A stretch of DNA of 64,000 bases. Source: Candidatus Eiseniibacteriota bacterium. GTDB taxonomy: Bacteria > Eisenbacteria > RBG-16-71-46 > CAZAMP01. Position numbers and translations under genes: made by a program. The stretch covers positions 192,001 through 256,000 of the forward strand of contig OZ245046.1 of NCBI GenBank assembly GCA_965224245.1, in the 5' to 3' direction. Under the pieces are notes generated by a model. It did no database searches. It was not told the origin of the DNA and saw nothing but the letters and a program-made list of their open reading frames with translations. Below, in pieces: positions 50,548 through 60,870 of this stretch. Numbering within the stretch: position 1 is the first letter of the stretch; every line of letters begins with the position of its first letter.

Positions 50548-52350
50548 TCACATGCGCAGCATGCGTTGCGTCTCGACGACGCCCCCGGTGACCAGCCGGT
50601 AGAAGTAGACGCCGGGCGCGACGCGCCGCCCGGCCATGTCCCGGCCGTCCCAGGAGACTCGATGGTGTCCGGCCGCCTGGGGCCGCCCGACCAGCGCGCG
50701 CACCCGGCGTCCCGTGGCGTCGAGTACGTCCAGCTGCACGATGCCGTCTCGCGGCACCGTGTACGCGATCGTCGTGGCCGGGCCGAACGGGTTGGGTGCG
50801 TTCCTCCCCAGGAGACCGTCCTCCATCGCCGGGACGCCATCCGCCACGTCGGTGGTCGGAAGCGCGGCGAGGGCGGCATCGGGGATCCCGTAGCCGCGCA
50901 CGTAGAGCGGGTCGAAGGTCCCGTGCGCCAGGAAGTAGCTGGCCGTCTCGAAGAGACGCGCCCGCATCGTGGACGGCGTCCAGGTGGGCTGGACCTGGAG
51001 CACGCAGGCCACCATGGACGCCATCAGAGAGGTCGCGACGGACGTCCCTCCGGTATCGGTGGTGCAGTCCGTGTCCTCGTGGGCGCAGATCGTGTAGACC
51101 TCCTGGCCGCGAGCGAGGAGCTCGGGCTTGACGCGTTCATCCGCCGTGGGCCCGTCGGAGGAGAAGTCGACGATTTCGCCGGCGGGATCCACACCGCCGC
51201 AGGTGATCACCTCGAATGCGTCGCCGGGTGCCATCAGCGAGGACGTGGTCGGGTCGAGATCGTTCCCGTTGTTGCCGGCGGCGGTGATGCAGATCAGTCC
51301 GTTGGACGTGGCGGCGTTCACCGCGATCGTGGTCACGGCGGTCAGCCCGTCGAGCTGGGACTGCTCGTACCAGTCGATGTACCCGAGGGAGGACGTGGCC
51401 AGGTCGGCTCCGTTCGCCTCGATGAGCTCCAGCCCGGCGACGTAGAAGTCCTCCTCCTGCATGTACTCGTCCGTCGCGTCTTCCGTCTTGCACAGGATGA
51501 ACGATGCGTCGAACGCACCGCCGATGAGCACGCCCGGGAGGTAGGACGCGATCGTGCCCAGGACCATGGTCCCGTGGTTGTGCTGGGCCGCGGGATCGCT
51601 CGGCTCGATTCCCGTGAAGTCGTCGTCGTCGATGAAGTCGTGCTCCAGGAGCACGTCGATCACGTGGCCGGGCTGGTTGAACGCCTCGTGGCCGCGGTGA
51701 AAGCCCGTGTCCAGCATGCCGATCACGATGCCGGCGCCGGTGAACCCGAGATCGTGCAGGGCGACCAGGTTCATCTGCTCGAGCTGGCCCAGCGTGAGTC
51801 CGTAGTCGAGCGCGCCCGACGATGCCCCGGCGGACGAGCGCTCGGATCCGTGCGCGCCGGATGCCGGGTCGTCCGGTGCGCCGACCAGAACGCCACGGCG
51901 TACCGGCTCGATCCGGTCGACGTACGGGAGCTGCGCGATCGCCCGGAACTGATCGGGGGTCCCGTGAACGCTCACGGCGTTGAGCCACGAGCTCTCGATG
52001 GAGAGCGAGCAGCCCGTGGCGAGCACGGCCTGAACGTAAGGCGCGTACACGGAGACGTCCCGCTCGTCGACCAGGCCGGGGGTACGGCCGCGGAGGCTGC
52101 GACGCTCGAGGGCGCGCGGATGTAGCTCGTCACGCGCGCGTTCGAGGGCCGCGCTACGGGCTTCGGGGCTGGTGAGTCCCTTGTCGGTGAAGAACACCCA
52201 GCCCTTCGACGGGCCACGCGACTCCAGGAGACGGGTCATGTGCGGATGGAGCGTGGCCGGAGGGTCCGTGGTTACCCGTCGCGCATGCGCGGGATGGCAG
52301 AGTGCGCCCAAGAGGACGCTCCCGACGAGCCAGCATTCCAGCGCTCTCAT
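50548..52350 (-). CDS. Secreted S8 serine protease with CTD (paralog of 5579-7423)
   Basis: MLDTG, HGTMV, AAGN and GTSVAT motifs; CTD NAPNPF..WDGRD..GVYF. Confidence 0.93.
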   Translation of the reverse strand: MRALECWLVGSVLLGALCHPAHARRVTTDPPATLHPHMTRLLESRGPSKGWVFFTDKGLTSPEARSAALERARDELHPRALERRSLRGRTPGLVDERDVSVYAPYVQAVLATGCSLSIESSWLNAVSVHGTPDQFRAIAQLPYVDRIEPVRRGVLVGAPDDPASGAHGSERSSAGASSGALDYGLTLGQLEQMNLVALHDLGFTGAGIVIGMLDTGFHRGHEAFNQPGHVIDVLLEHDFIDDDDFTGIEPSDPAAQHNHGTMVLGTIASYLPGVLIGGAFDASFILCKTEDATDEYMQEEDFYVAGLELIEANGADLATSSLGYIDWYEQSQLDGLTAVTTIAVNAATSNGLICITAAGNNGNDLDPTTSSLMAPGDAFEVITCGGVDPAGEIVDFSSDGPTADERVKPELLARGQEVYTICAHEDTDCTTDTGGTSVATSLMASMVACVLQVQPTWTPSTMRARLFETASYFLAHGTFDPLYVRGYGIPDAALAALPTTDVADGVPAMEDGLLGRNAPNPFGPATTIAYTVPRDGIVQLDVLDATGRRVRALVGRPQAAGHHRVSWDGRDMAGRRVAPGVYFYRLVTGGVVETQRMLRM

Positions 52351-52983
52351 CGCCCCTCCTGCCGATCAGGGTATCGGAACCGCTCTTCGTCCACCAAACC
52401 TTAGCAGCCACTCGTCAGCTGAGGAATGAGATGTTCGGGCGTCTCGACACGGCACGTGGGTGTGCCTCGTGTGCCCACCGCGCTCGGTTCAGCCGAGGGT
52501 CGATGCGCCCGGGTACGTGGAAACCACTATGGCCCTCGTGAACCGTAGCTGGTTCGATTCCTCGTTGAGTGGGCACGACGACACTGCACGCGTGCCGTCC
52601 CACTCGAGCCAGGGAGCCACGTATTGAGGGCTCGCTGCCCACGCCGGGCGCATGAACGTGTCTCTCTGAACGGGATCCTCTCCTAGGCCGCTCTGCGCAC
52701 GACGTCCGTGCGCGAGGATCCAAGGCTCGGACTCTCGACCCGATGTCAGGCGTCGAGCGTTGGAGCGATCTGGATCGATGGAGCGACCTCCCAGAGCTGT
52801 ACATGACGGTCTCCTCCCTTCGGCCACCCTCGAGCGCTCCGACGTCTGCGCGTCGCTGCCGTTCACTGGAGCCGGCAGCGTCGAACGACGGTCGAAGCGC
52901 GCCCCGCACGACGCGAGGCGTCACGTATGGCCTTCGTCGGTGATGGGTCACGTCACCGGCGTCCGAGCGACGGAGGTTGAGCG

Positions 52984-54468
52984 ATGGAGTCGCGCAGATT
53001 CACCGCGGTGCTCGTCATGCTGCTGGGCGGACTCGTTCCAGCGGCGGCCGCCGAGCTGCTCCCGATCGAGCAGCTCGGGAAGGAGCTCTTCTTCGACCAA
53101 CTCTCGAGTCCCGATCGCCAATCATGTGCATCCTGCCACGCACCACAGGTCGGCTTCACGGGACCCAACCCGGGCATCAACGGTCACGGCGGCGTGTATC
53201 GCGGCGCCGTACCGACGCGCTTCGGCGGCCGGAAGCCACCCAGCTCGGCCTACGCGACACTGAGCCCGATCTTCCAGTACGACGACGTGGAGGAGCTCTT
53301 CCTGGGGGGCAACTTCTGGGACGGTCGCGCCACGGGATGGACGCTCGGGAGCCCGGCCGCCGAACAGGCGCTCGGTCCGTTCCTGAACCCCGTCGAGCAG
53401 AACAACCCCAGCAAGCTCGCCGTGCTGGAGCAGGTGGCCGGGGAGAGCTACGCCGACCTCTGGGAGATCGTCTGGGGTGCCCCGCTCGTCTTCGGCACCG
53501 ACGACGAGGTCGACACGAACTACGTTCGTATCGGACTCGCGATCGCCGCGTACGAGGGCTCGCCCGAGGTGAACGCCTTCTCGTCGAAGTTCGATTACTT
53601 CCTGGCCGGGGAGGCCGAGCTGACCCCCGAGGAGGCGTGGGGAATGGAGCTGTTCAACGGCGAAGCGAACTGCGCCGCATGCCATCCCGCGCCGCTCTTC
53701 ACGGACTTCACCTATGACAACGTCGGCATCCCGCGCAACCCGGCGAACCCGTTCTACCGCATGAATCGCGTCTACCTCGACGATGGAACGCCCATCAATC
53801 CGCTGGGATTCGACTGGGTCGATCCGGGTCTCGGGGGCTTCCTGGAGTCGTTGCCCGAGGACTTCTTCACCGACCTGGGTCTCGTCAAGGACGCCGCGGT
53901 GGCGGAGAACCTCGGCAAGCACCGCGTGCCGACGCTTCGCAACGTGGGGCTCCGACCGGGCCTGGGCTTCCCGAAGGCGTACATGCACAACGCCGCGCTG
54001 AAGTCGCTGAAGGAAGTCGTCCACTTCTACAACACGCGAGACGTCGAGGAGTGGGCGCCGCCCGAGGTCCTCGAGAACCTGAACGACGAGGAGCTCGGTG
54101 ACCTCGGTCTCACGGACGCCGAAGAGGATGCGCTCGTCGCGTTCATGAACACGCTCTCCGATGGATACGTGCCCGGAGCTGTGGAGCGACCGCTTGCCGG
54201 ACTCGTGTCCAGTGGGGATCTTCGCGTGGTCGGGCGGCATCCCGCGCCGGCGATTCAACTGGCCTACGACGTCCCGCGCGACGGCGCGGTCCGGCTCGAC
54301 GTCTTCGACGCGTCAGGACGCCACGTCGCGACGCTGTCCGATGGATGGCAGAGCCAGGGACAGCATCGCGCATGGTGGTCGACACCGTCGTCGTCGGCCG
54401 GCGTGTACGTGGTTCGTCTCGCCCAGGCCGGCTCGACCACGACCCGGAAGGTCGTCGTGACTCGCTGA
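52984..54468 (+). CDS. Di-heme cytochrome c peroxidase (CCP/MauG family) with CTD
   Basis: CASCH, CAACH, FWDGRA, VPTLRNV and YMHN motifs; CTD FDASGR..AGVY..RKVVVTR. Confidence 0.93.
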   Translation: MESRRFTAVLVMLLGGLVPAAAAELLPIEQLGKELFFDQLSSPDRQSCASCHAPQVGFTGPNPGINGHGGVYRGAVPTRFGGRKPPSSAYATLSPIFQYDDVEELFLGGNFWDGRATGWTLGSPAAEQALGPFLNPVEQNNPSKLAVLEQVAGESYADLWEIVWGAPLVFGTDDEVDTNYVRIGLAIAAYEGSPEVNAFSSKFDYFLAGEAELTPEEAWGMELFNGEANCAACHPAPLFTDFTYDNVGIPRNPANPFYRMNRVYLDDGTPINPLGFDWVDPGLGGFLESLPEDFFTDLGLVKDAAVAENLGKHRVPTLRNVGLRPGLGFPKAYMHNAALKSLKEVVHFYNTRDVEEWAPPEVLENLNDEELGDLGLTDAEEDALVAFMNTLSDGYVPGAVERPLAGLVSSGDLRVVGRHPAPAIQLAYDVPRDGAVRLDVFDASGRHVATLSDGWQSQGQHRAWWSTPSSSAGVYVVRLAQAGSTTTRKVVVTR

Positions 54469-54562
54469 TTCTCCACACTGAGCGCGGGGCGTGATCGGGG
54501 TGACCGGTCACTCCCGCGCGACCGATCTCGAGCGTTCATCGGTGATCCCGCTCGGATCCCGC

Positions 54563-57500
54563 TCAGGGCATACGGACGATCTTCAGCGTGTCGGTACCGT
54601 ACGGCGTGGCCAGCCGGATGAAGTAGATACCGCTCTGCACGCGCGCGCCGGCCGCGTCGCGACCGTCCCAGGTCGTCTCGTGATACCCCTCGGCGATGGG
54701 CTCGTCGATCAACGTGGCGACGCGACGTCCGGCCACGTCGTACACGGCGACCTCGGTCGGGGCGCCGCCGGGCGCTCCGAACGATCGGTACGTCACCACG
54801 AGCGCGTCGCCCCGCATCGGGCGAGGCCGTGCCGAGAGCACGGCGGAGGTCGGCGACCGGATCTCCGCCACGAGCAGCCGGCGTCCGAGTCCATCGACGG
54901 CGATCAGTCGATAGCGATCCGCATCCGCGTCCGGCGCCAGGACCAGCTCGACGGCACGGAGCTCCTCGGCCAGCGGGGACCACGTCCCGTGGGTCAGACG
55001 CTCGACGTCGTACCCGCGAAGGTCCTCGAGCCCGGGCTCCGTGGCCCAGCGCAACACGGGCCGTCCCGTTCCGTTCGCCAGGTCGAGCCGGAAGAACATC
55101 GCGGTGATGTCGGCCTCGATCGTGAACGTCCCCTCGGTACGCGTGATCGACCCGGTGAGCCAGGGGTCACCCGATCCCGGTGCGGGATCGAGTCGCCGCG
55201 CTTCCACCCGAGCGTAACGCGTGGGCACGTTCGGCACCGTGAACTCGACGAGGCCGGGCCCGACGCCGGCGGCCAGCGGCTGCCAGGTCGCACCGCCATC
55301 CACCGACAGCACGAGATCGACCCGCCCGGTGCCGGACACATCGAGGCTTCTCACGGCACCGACCGGCCACGCGTCACCCGGCTCGGTCGGCGCTCCGAGC
55401 TCCACCGCCGTGGTTCGATAGCGAAGTCGATCGGCCGTGTTGTCGAAGTGAACGACTCTGGGGTTGTCCTGGCCGTCGAGCGCGAGCGACGGAGCGAACC
55501 CGGCGGACTCGGGGCCGTCGTCGAGATCGAGCAGCATCCAGCCGTCCCCGGCGTTGCGGTACACCGCGAGGTCGGCGACACCCGGTAGCTGGAGCGCGAG
55601 ATACTCGGCGCCGTCGCCGGCGATCGCGAACGACATGGGCTGTATCACGTCGGCGCCGACGTTCAGGACCGTATCGAGCGACCACGAGCCATCGGGATTC
55701 TGCCGTGCGATCCGGACCTCGTCGGACGTGCGCTCCTGGTAGGTGATCCGGGGAAGTCGATCCGGACCGAGCTCGAGCTCGACCCGCCCCACGTTGCCGA
55801 CGTCCACCACCTCGGGCACCGACCAGCTCCCGTCCCAGCGTAGGTACACGAGCTCGGACGAGATCGACCGCACCCCGGCCGCGTGTGCGGTACCGGCCGG
55901 ATCCACCGCCAGTCCATTGTCGCGCGATCCGCTGAACCCCGTGCCGAGCGGAGAGACGATCCAGCCACCACCGGTGTCCAGGGCGTGGATCAGCTCGGTG
56001 TCGTCGTCGGAGAACGCGATGATGTGCGTCGTGCCCGACTCGTCCACGCCCACCGAGGGCTGGTAGTAGATGCTGGGCGCGATCGGCTCGACCGTCCAGG
56101 CGCTTCCGTCGTGGACGGCGTACCGAAGCTCCACCTCCTCCTCGGCGTACGCGGCGTGGAGCCGCCCGTCCGGTCCTCGGGTGAGGTCGGGCTCGGTGAT
56201 GGTGCCGGTGTCGATCAGCTCGGCGTCCCAGCCGGTCCGTCCGCGCCGGAGGACCTGCGCTCCGGGGGGACCGCCCGTCAGGATCACCGTGCTTCCCGCC
56301 TCGGTCACGATCAGGGCCGACTGGAGGAACGTCGCACCCACGAGGGTCTCGTCGGTCCACGCGAGCGTGCGCGTGCGCCCGATCGAGAACGGGGCGAGCT
56401 GAACCTCGCTCGTGCCCGCGGTGACGGGAACGCCGGTCGTGCTCACGCGGACGAACGCCTCGTCGGTCTCGACGTCCGGGGCATGGACGACGAGCGGGTT
56501 CTCGTCCTCTCCGCCCACGCCCGAGGCGAGCACGTCCCACGTGAGTCCGCCGTCGATCGAGAGCGCGACGTCGGCGAGATCCCGGCCCCGCCAGCGAATG
56601 GTGGCGGTCTCTCCCGCGTTCCACCGGTCGCCGGCCCCGGGAGCGAGCAGGCGATAGGGATAGGTGCGAACCAGGGTGACCGTGCCTCGTGTGCTACCGC
56701 CCGCCTGGTTGTCGCCGGCGAGTACGACGGGATCTCCGTCGTCGTGGTACGTCGGTGTGAAGCCGACCTGGAGCCCGAAGAAGTCGTCGCCGTCCCGTCC
56801 GGGGATCGCGAGATCCGCCGTTCCGTCGAGCGCGGCACCACCCCGGTACACGTAGACCAGCGCGTCGAGCGTTCCCGCGATGATGTCGGCGATGCCGTCC
56901 CCATCGGCATCTCCACACGCCAGATCGGTTCCCAGGCGTCGAGAGGGCTCGTTTCCGTCGATGGCGAGGTCCCAGGATTCGTCGAAGAGAGGACCGCCCG
57001 CGTAGACGTAGATCCGACCGGCCGAGCTGAACGCCGTGTCGTCCTCGGACGCGGCCACGACGACGTCCTGGAGTCCGTCTCCGTCGACGTCGGCCACCTC
57101 GACGCGCCATCCGAACGCCGAGGTCAGTGGCCCGACCAGTGTCCGGTCCTGGAAGCTGTCGAGCGCGGCGCCCCCGAAGAACACCTTGACCTCGTTGACC
57201 GCCTCCGCGCCGATGACCACGTCCACCCTGCCGTCGAAGTTGACGTCACCGCCCGCGAGGGAGGAGCCGAGATGCTCGTGGACGCCGGGATCCCCCGTGA
57301 ACGTCAGGTCGGGGATGCCGTCGGGCGTGCTTCCGCCGAGCACGAGCTGAACCCGTCCCCGGAAGTACACACCGTCGGTATAGTCGGGCATCGCCACGAG
57401 CACGTCGTCGTATCCGTCGCCGTTCACGTCGCCCGCTCCGCCGACGACGTCTCCGAGCGAGAAGCCCGATCCGTTCACGATCACGTCCGCGACGACGTCC

Positions 57501-57916
57501 CCGTCGGTTCCCCCGAAGAAGATGTACGCACGCCCGTCGCCGGAGGCGTACTCGGGTGCGCCCACCACGACGTCGTCATATCCGTCGCCGTTCACGTCTC
57601 CGGCCCCGTCGACGCTCGCGCCGAAGTCCTCGTTCGGATCGGAGCCGGTGAAGGTCAGGTCCGGCGTGTCGTCCGCGTCCGGTCCTCCGAAGAAGACGTG
57701 CACGTAGCCCGGCGCCGAGAGCGGGAGCGCACTGGCCACCACGTCTCCGTAGCCGTCGCCGTTGACGTCACCCGCGCCCTCGACGATCCAGCCGAAGCGG
57801 TCCAGGGCGGCGTCACCGACGAGAACGTCTCCGCGTTCCCAGGATTGGGAGAGCGCGGGCGTCGTGATCGCGGTGAGAGTGATGAGGAGCGTCGTCGGTG
57901 TGGGGTGCGGGCGCAT
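54563..57916 (-). CDS. Large FG-GAP repeat protein with a second propeller and CTD
   Basis: AGDVNGDGYDD repeats; CTD YDVAGR..WDGRD..SGIYF. Confidence 0.92.
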   Translation of the reverse strand: MRPHPTPTTLLITLTAITTPALSQSWERGDVLVGDAALDRFGWIVEGAGDVNGDGYGDVVASALPLSAPGYVHVFFGGPDADDTPDLTFTGSDPNEDFGASVDGAGDVNGDGYDDVVVGAPEYASGDGRAYIFFGGTDGDVVADVIVNGSGFSLGDVVGGAGDVNGDGYDDVLVAMPDYTDGVYFRGRVQLVLGGSTPDGIPDLTFTGDPGVHEHLGSSLAGGDVNFDGRVDVVIGAEAVNEVKVFFGGAALDSFQDRTLVGPLTSAFGWRVEVADVDGDGLQDVVVAASEDDTAFSSAGRIYVYAGGPLFDESWDLAIDGNEPSRRLGTDLACGDADGDGIADIIAGTLDALVYVYRGGAALDGTADLAIPGRDGDDFFGLQVGFTPTYHDDGDPVVLAGDNQAGGSTRGTVTLVRTYPYRLLAPGAGDRWNAGETATIRWRGRDLADVALSIDGGLTWDVLASGVGGEDENPLVVHAPDVETDEAFVRVSTTGVPVTAGTSEVQLAPFSIGRTRTLAWTDETLVGATFLQSALIVTEAGSTVILTGGPPGAQVLRRGRTGWDAELIDTGTITEPDLTRGPDGRLHAAYAEEEVELRYAVHDGSAWTVEPIAPSIYYQPSVGVDESGTTHIIAFSDDDTELIHALDTGGGWIVSPLGTGFSGSRDNGLAVDPAGTAHAAGVRSISSELVYLRWDGSWSVPEVVDVGNVGRVELELGPDRLPRITYQERTSDEVRIARQNPDGSWSLDTVLNVGADVIQPMSFAIAGDGAEYLALQLPGVADLAVYRNAGDGWMLLDLDDGPESAGFAPSLALDGQDNPRVVHFDNTADRLRYRTTAVELGAPTEPGDAWPVGAVRSLDVSGTGRVDLVLSVDGGATWQPLAAGVGPGLVEFTVPNVPTRYARVEARRLDPAPGSGDPWLTGSITRTEGTFTIEADITAMFFRLDLANGTGRPVLRWATEPGLEDLRGYDVERLTHGTWSPLAEELRAVELVLAPDADADRYRLIAVDGLGRRLLVAEIRSPTSAVLSARPRPMRGDALVVTYRSFGAPGGAPTEVAVYDVAGRRVATLIDEPIAEGYHETTWDGRDAAGARVQSGIYFIRLATPYGTDTLKIVRMP

Positions 57917-58123
57917 GGGCTGTCCTTCCGGATCGGGCTAGATCGGCTTCCGGGAAAGAGAATGCGCGCACACGCGCGACATGGCCCCCGGTTCGCCCGG
58001 ACCTGCGGTCGTCGTCGCGAGATGAACGATCATAGCACGCGCGGACGTCAGAGAATGACGGGCGGGCTCGTGCGGTCGTCGTCCTGCCGAGATTCCGCGC
58101 GCAGGCCACGACGCGTGTCGCCT

Positions 58124-59479
58124 CTACCGTGTGACCGGCGGCTCCCCGCCGGCGGTGACCGAGGTGGCCGCGTCGTCGAACGCCGCGAGATGGGTCCTCA
58201 GCTCGGCCAGCGACTCAGGTCGATCGCGGGAGAGATCGCGTGTCTCCAGCGGGTCGGCGACGACGTCGAAGAGCTGTTCCCATCCCCGGTCGTCACGGAT
58301 CAGCTTCTCCGAGCCGATCCGCACGCTCCATAGCGCGTGATCGAAGCGCTCCACCTGCTCTCGTGGCGGTGGGGGACTCCAGTGCCGTTCCACCAGCGTC
58401 CTCGGACGCGCGTACTCCGCGAACACGGGGTCCGAGAGCGGTGTCACCTGGCGCCCGGAGAGGCGGCGTGCACGGCTGACCCCGGAGAGCTCCCGTGCGT
58501 CGAAGTCCAGGTGGAGCAGATCCAGGAGCGAGGGCATCAGGTCGACCAGGCCGAAGGGCTCGGAGATGCGCGTGTTCGGCGGGCATGCCGATGGAAACCG
58601 GATCGCCATCGGAATCCGCAGCACCGGTTCGTACAGGGAGAACTCGTGTCCCACCAGGGCGTGCTCCCCGAGATGCTCACCGTGATCCGAGACGAGCACG
58701 ATCATGACGTCGTCGAGCGGCGTGATCTCGGACAGCCCGTCGACGAGCCGTCCGACGAGCTCGTCCACGTACGCCACCTCCGCCAGATAGAGGCGCCGGG
58801 CCTCATCGAGATCCAGCGCGGATCCGTCGGGATCGAGGTTGAAGCGCTTCGCGTCGTCCACGGAGACGGACGAGCCGTCGGTCGCCACCTCGAAGCGCTC
58901 CATGACGTCGAGCGGCGGCTCGTACGGCAGGTGCGCCTCGAGGTAGTTCACGAAGAGGAAGAACGGCCGATCGGAGTCGACGACCGTCTCGACCCACGTC
59001 AGCGCCTGACGGGTGGCTTCCGCGCCACCCTTCTCGCGCTCGTGGACGCCCCACTTGTAGACCTCCTTGAAGACCTGGAAGCCCTGCGAGAACCCGGTCT
59101 GCGCGTTGATCCACGGATTGCAGCTGAACCCACCGGTCGCGTGCCCGGTCTCGGCGAGCCGCTCGGCCAGCGTCGTGAACCCGAGCTCGAGCGCGAACCG
59201 CTCGTGCTGGGCTCGGTGCTCGTGAGGGTGAAGCCCCGTGAACAACGTTGCGTGGGACGGCACCGTCCACGGCGCGGGCGCGTAGGCCTGCTCGACGGAC
59301 ACGCTCTCGCTCCACAGCCGGTCGAGCTCGGGGGTGACGGGGCGCCCGTTCAGCTCGGCTCCGAGGGCGTCGGCGCGCACGGTGTCCAGCACGATGACGA
59401 CGAGGCTCGGAGGGGGCGGCTCGCTGCAGCCCGCGATGAGTAACGTCAGGCTCAGGGCAGGGGTCAGTGTCCGCCGCAC
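58124..59479 (-). CDS. Sulfatase-like hydrolase/transferase lipoprotein (Thr at the nucleophile position)
   Basis: LDTVRAD, WTVPSHATLFTG, HLPY and SDHGE motifs; lipobox IAGC. Confidence 0.88.
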   Translation of the reverse strand: MRRTLTPALSLTLLIAGCSEPPPPSLVVIVLDTVRADALGAELNGRPVTPELDRLWSESVSVEQAYAPAPWTVPSHATLFTGLHPHEHRAQHERFALELGFTTLAERLAETGHATGGFSCNPWINAQTGFSQGFQVFKEVYKWGVHEREKGGAEATRQALTWVETVVDSDRPFFLFVNYLEAHLPYEPPLDVMERFEVATDGSSVSVDDAKRFNLDPDGSALDLDEARRLYLAEVAYVDELVGRLVDGLSEITPLDDVMIVLVSDHGEHLGEHALVGHEFSLYEPVLRIPMAIRFPSACPPNTRISEPFGLVDLMPSLLDLLHLDFDARELSGVSRARRLSGRQVTPLSDPVFAEYARPRTLVERHWSPPPPREQVERFDHALWSVRIGSEKLIRDDRGWEQLFDVVADPLETRDLSRDRPESLAELRTHLAAFDDAATSVTAGGEPPVTR

Positions 59480-59495
59480 GTGCCGGCCTCCATCT

Positions 59496-60155
59496 TCAGT
59501 CGGATCCGGGAGCGCCGAGGCTCGCGACCATTCGCGCCTGGAGGGCGGCCGCCTCCTCGTCGCCGAGCCCTTCATCGGTGAGTGTGCGCCAGGTCCAGAA
59601 GTCCACCGCGAGGCGGAGTGCCGCGCGGACCTCGCTCATCACCGGGGCCGGTCCACGCGTGCCCGCGGAGCCGCCTTCGCCCGTCGAGGACGCTCCTCGT
59701 CCCACCATCAGCGAGTCCACGACGCGCTCGATCACCGGCCACCACTTGCGATCCAGGATCTCGTCCAGCGCGGGTACGAGCGCACCGTCCCTCAGCGTGT
59801 GCTCCAGCATCTCGCCCGAGCGCCGGTAGTACGCGTACATCTCCGCGATCGCCCGGTAGGTCCGGACGTCGGGATCCTCGATCCCGGCCCACGACGCGGG
59901 ATCGGGCGGCAGGTTCCGCGACACCCAGTGGGAGCTGCACGCATCGAGCAGCTCGGCGTCGGTGGGGAAGTGGTTGTACACGGTCATGCGGCGCACGCCG
60001 GCCCGCTTGGCGATCTCGCTCACCGTGGTCCGGGCCGGCCCCACCGAGCCGTGTAGCTCGACCGCCGCCTCGGTGATGCGGCGGCGGGTGTCCTCGAGGC
60101 GGCGGGCTCGCTCTTTGAGCTCGTAGCGCCGTGTCTTTTTTTCGTTTGACGTCAT
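59496..60155 (-). CDS. TetR/AcrR family regulator
   Basis: TTVSEIAKRAGVRRMTVYNHF HTH. Confidence 0.93.
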   Translation of the reverse strand: MTSNEKKTRRYELKERARRLEDTRRRITEAAVELHGSVGPARTTVSEIAKRAGVRRMTVYNHFPTDAELLDACSSHWVSRNLPPDPASWAGIEDPDVRTYRAIAEMYAYYRRSGEMLEHTLRDGALVPALDEILDRKWWPVIERVVDSLMVGRGASSTGEGGSAGTRGPAPVMSEVRAALRLAVDFWTWRTLTDEGLGDEEAAALQARMVASLGAPGSD

Positions 60156-60230
60156 GTCAAATCAATCTTGACAGATCTCTGCAACCTCGTCTACTCTCCG
60201 CTCGTCAATTCGATTGACAGATAGTATAAT
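60146..60230. promoter_or_regulatory. Divergent promoter and candidate TetR operators
   Basis: GTCAA/TTGAC inverted repeats at 60146-60160, 60155-60173 and 60204-60218; TTGACA(60168)-N18-TACTCT. Confidence 0.65.
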
Positions 60231-60244
60231 GAAAGGAGTCACCG

Positions 60245-60787
60245 ATGTCACCCCAGACGCTCACGGACCACGGGCCGGCCACCCGCGCCGGTAATGTCCA
60301 GTCATCAAACGGATTGGAGGATCACGAGCTACTCTACCGGTTCGAGGGTCGCCTCCTGGATCAGCGTCCGCTGGGGCACTTCTCCGAGGGGCTGCGCTTC
60401 GAGAACCCGTTCGAGGGGGCCATCACCGGCGGCCTCCTCTCCGGCGCCAGGATGTCGGGTCTGGACTACCTCCTGGTTCGCCCCGACGGGGTGGCCGTCA
60501 TCGACGCACCGGAGACGATCCAGCACCCCGACGGTCCCGTGATCGCCCACGCCCGCGGCTACGTCATGCCGTCGGTGGGTCTGGCGGTCCCGCCGCTGGA
60601 GACGATCGCGTCGCCGGAGTTCGCCTGGCCCTCGGTCCCGTTCGCGATCACCGGCTTCGTGCTCTACCGCACGGCCGTCACCCGCTTCGAGGAGCTGAAC
60701 CGGGTCGCGGGCGCGCTCGTGGGCGAGGTGGACATGTCGAACGGACGACTCGTCGTGGAGGCTCGCGTGAGCTCGCGACGCCCGTGA
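60245..60787 (+). CDS. DUF3237-like beta-barrel protein
   Basis: AAAGGAG RBS; G.DYLLVRPDG..ID and FEELNR pattern. Confidence 0.7.
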   Translation: MSPQTLTDHGPATRAGNVQSSNGLEDHELLYRFEGRLLDQRPLGHFSEGLRFENPFEGAITGGLLSGARMSGLDYLLVRPDGVAVIDAPETIQHPDGPVIAHARGYVMPSVGLAVPPLETIASPEFAWPSVPFAITGFVLYRTAVTRFEELNRVAGALVGEVDMSNGRLVVEARVSSRRP

Positions 60788-60870
60788 AACCGGTCGCGAA
60801 CCGCTGCCCGCCGATCGCACCGGGAGCTACCGATGAACAGATGTCGTTTGCACGAAACGAGGAGGACGCC

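Noticed and set aside
52551-52561. tRNA-like T-loop GGTTCGATTCC
   Set aside because: Only a 2-bp T stem, with no acceptor, D or anticodon arms.
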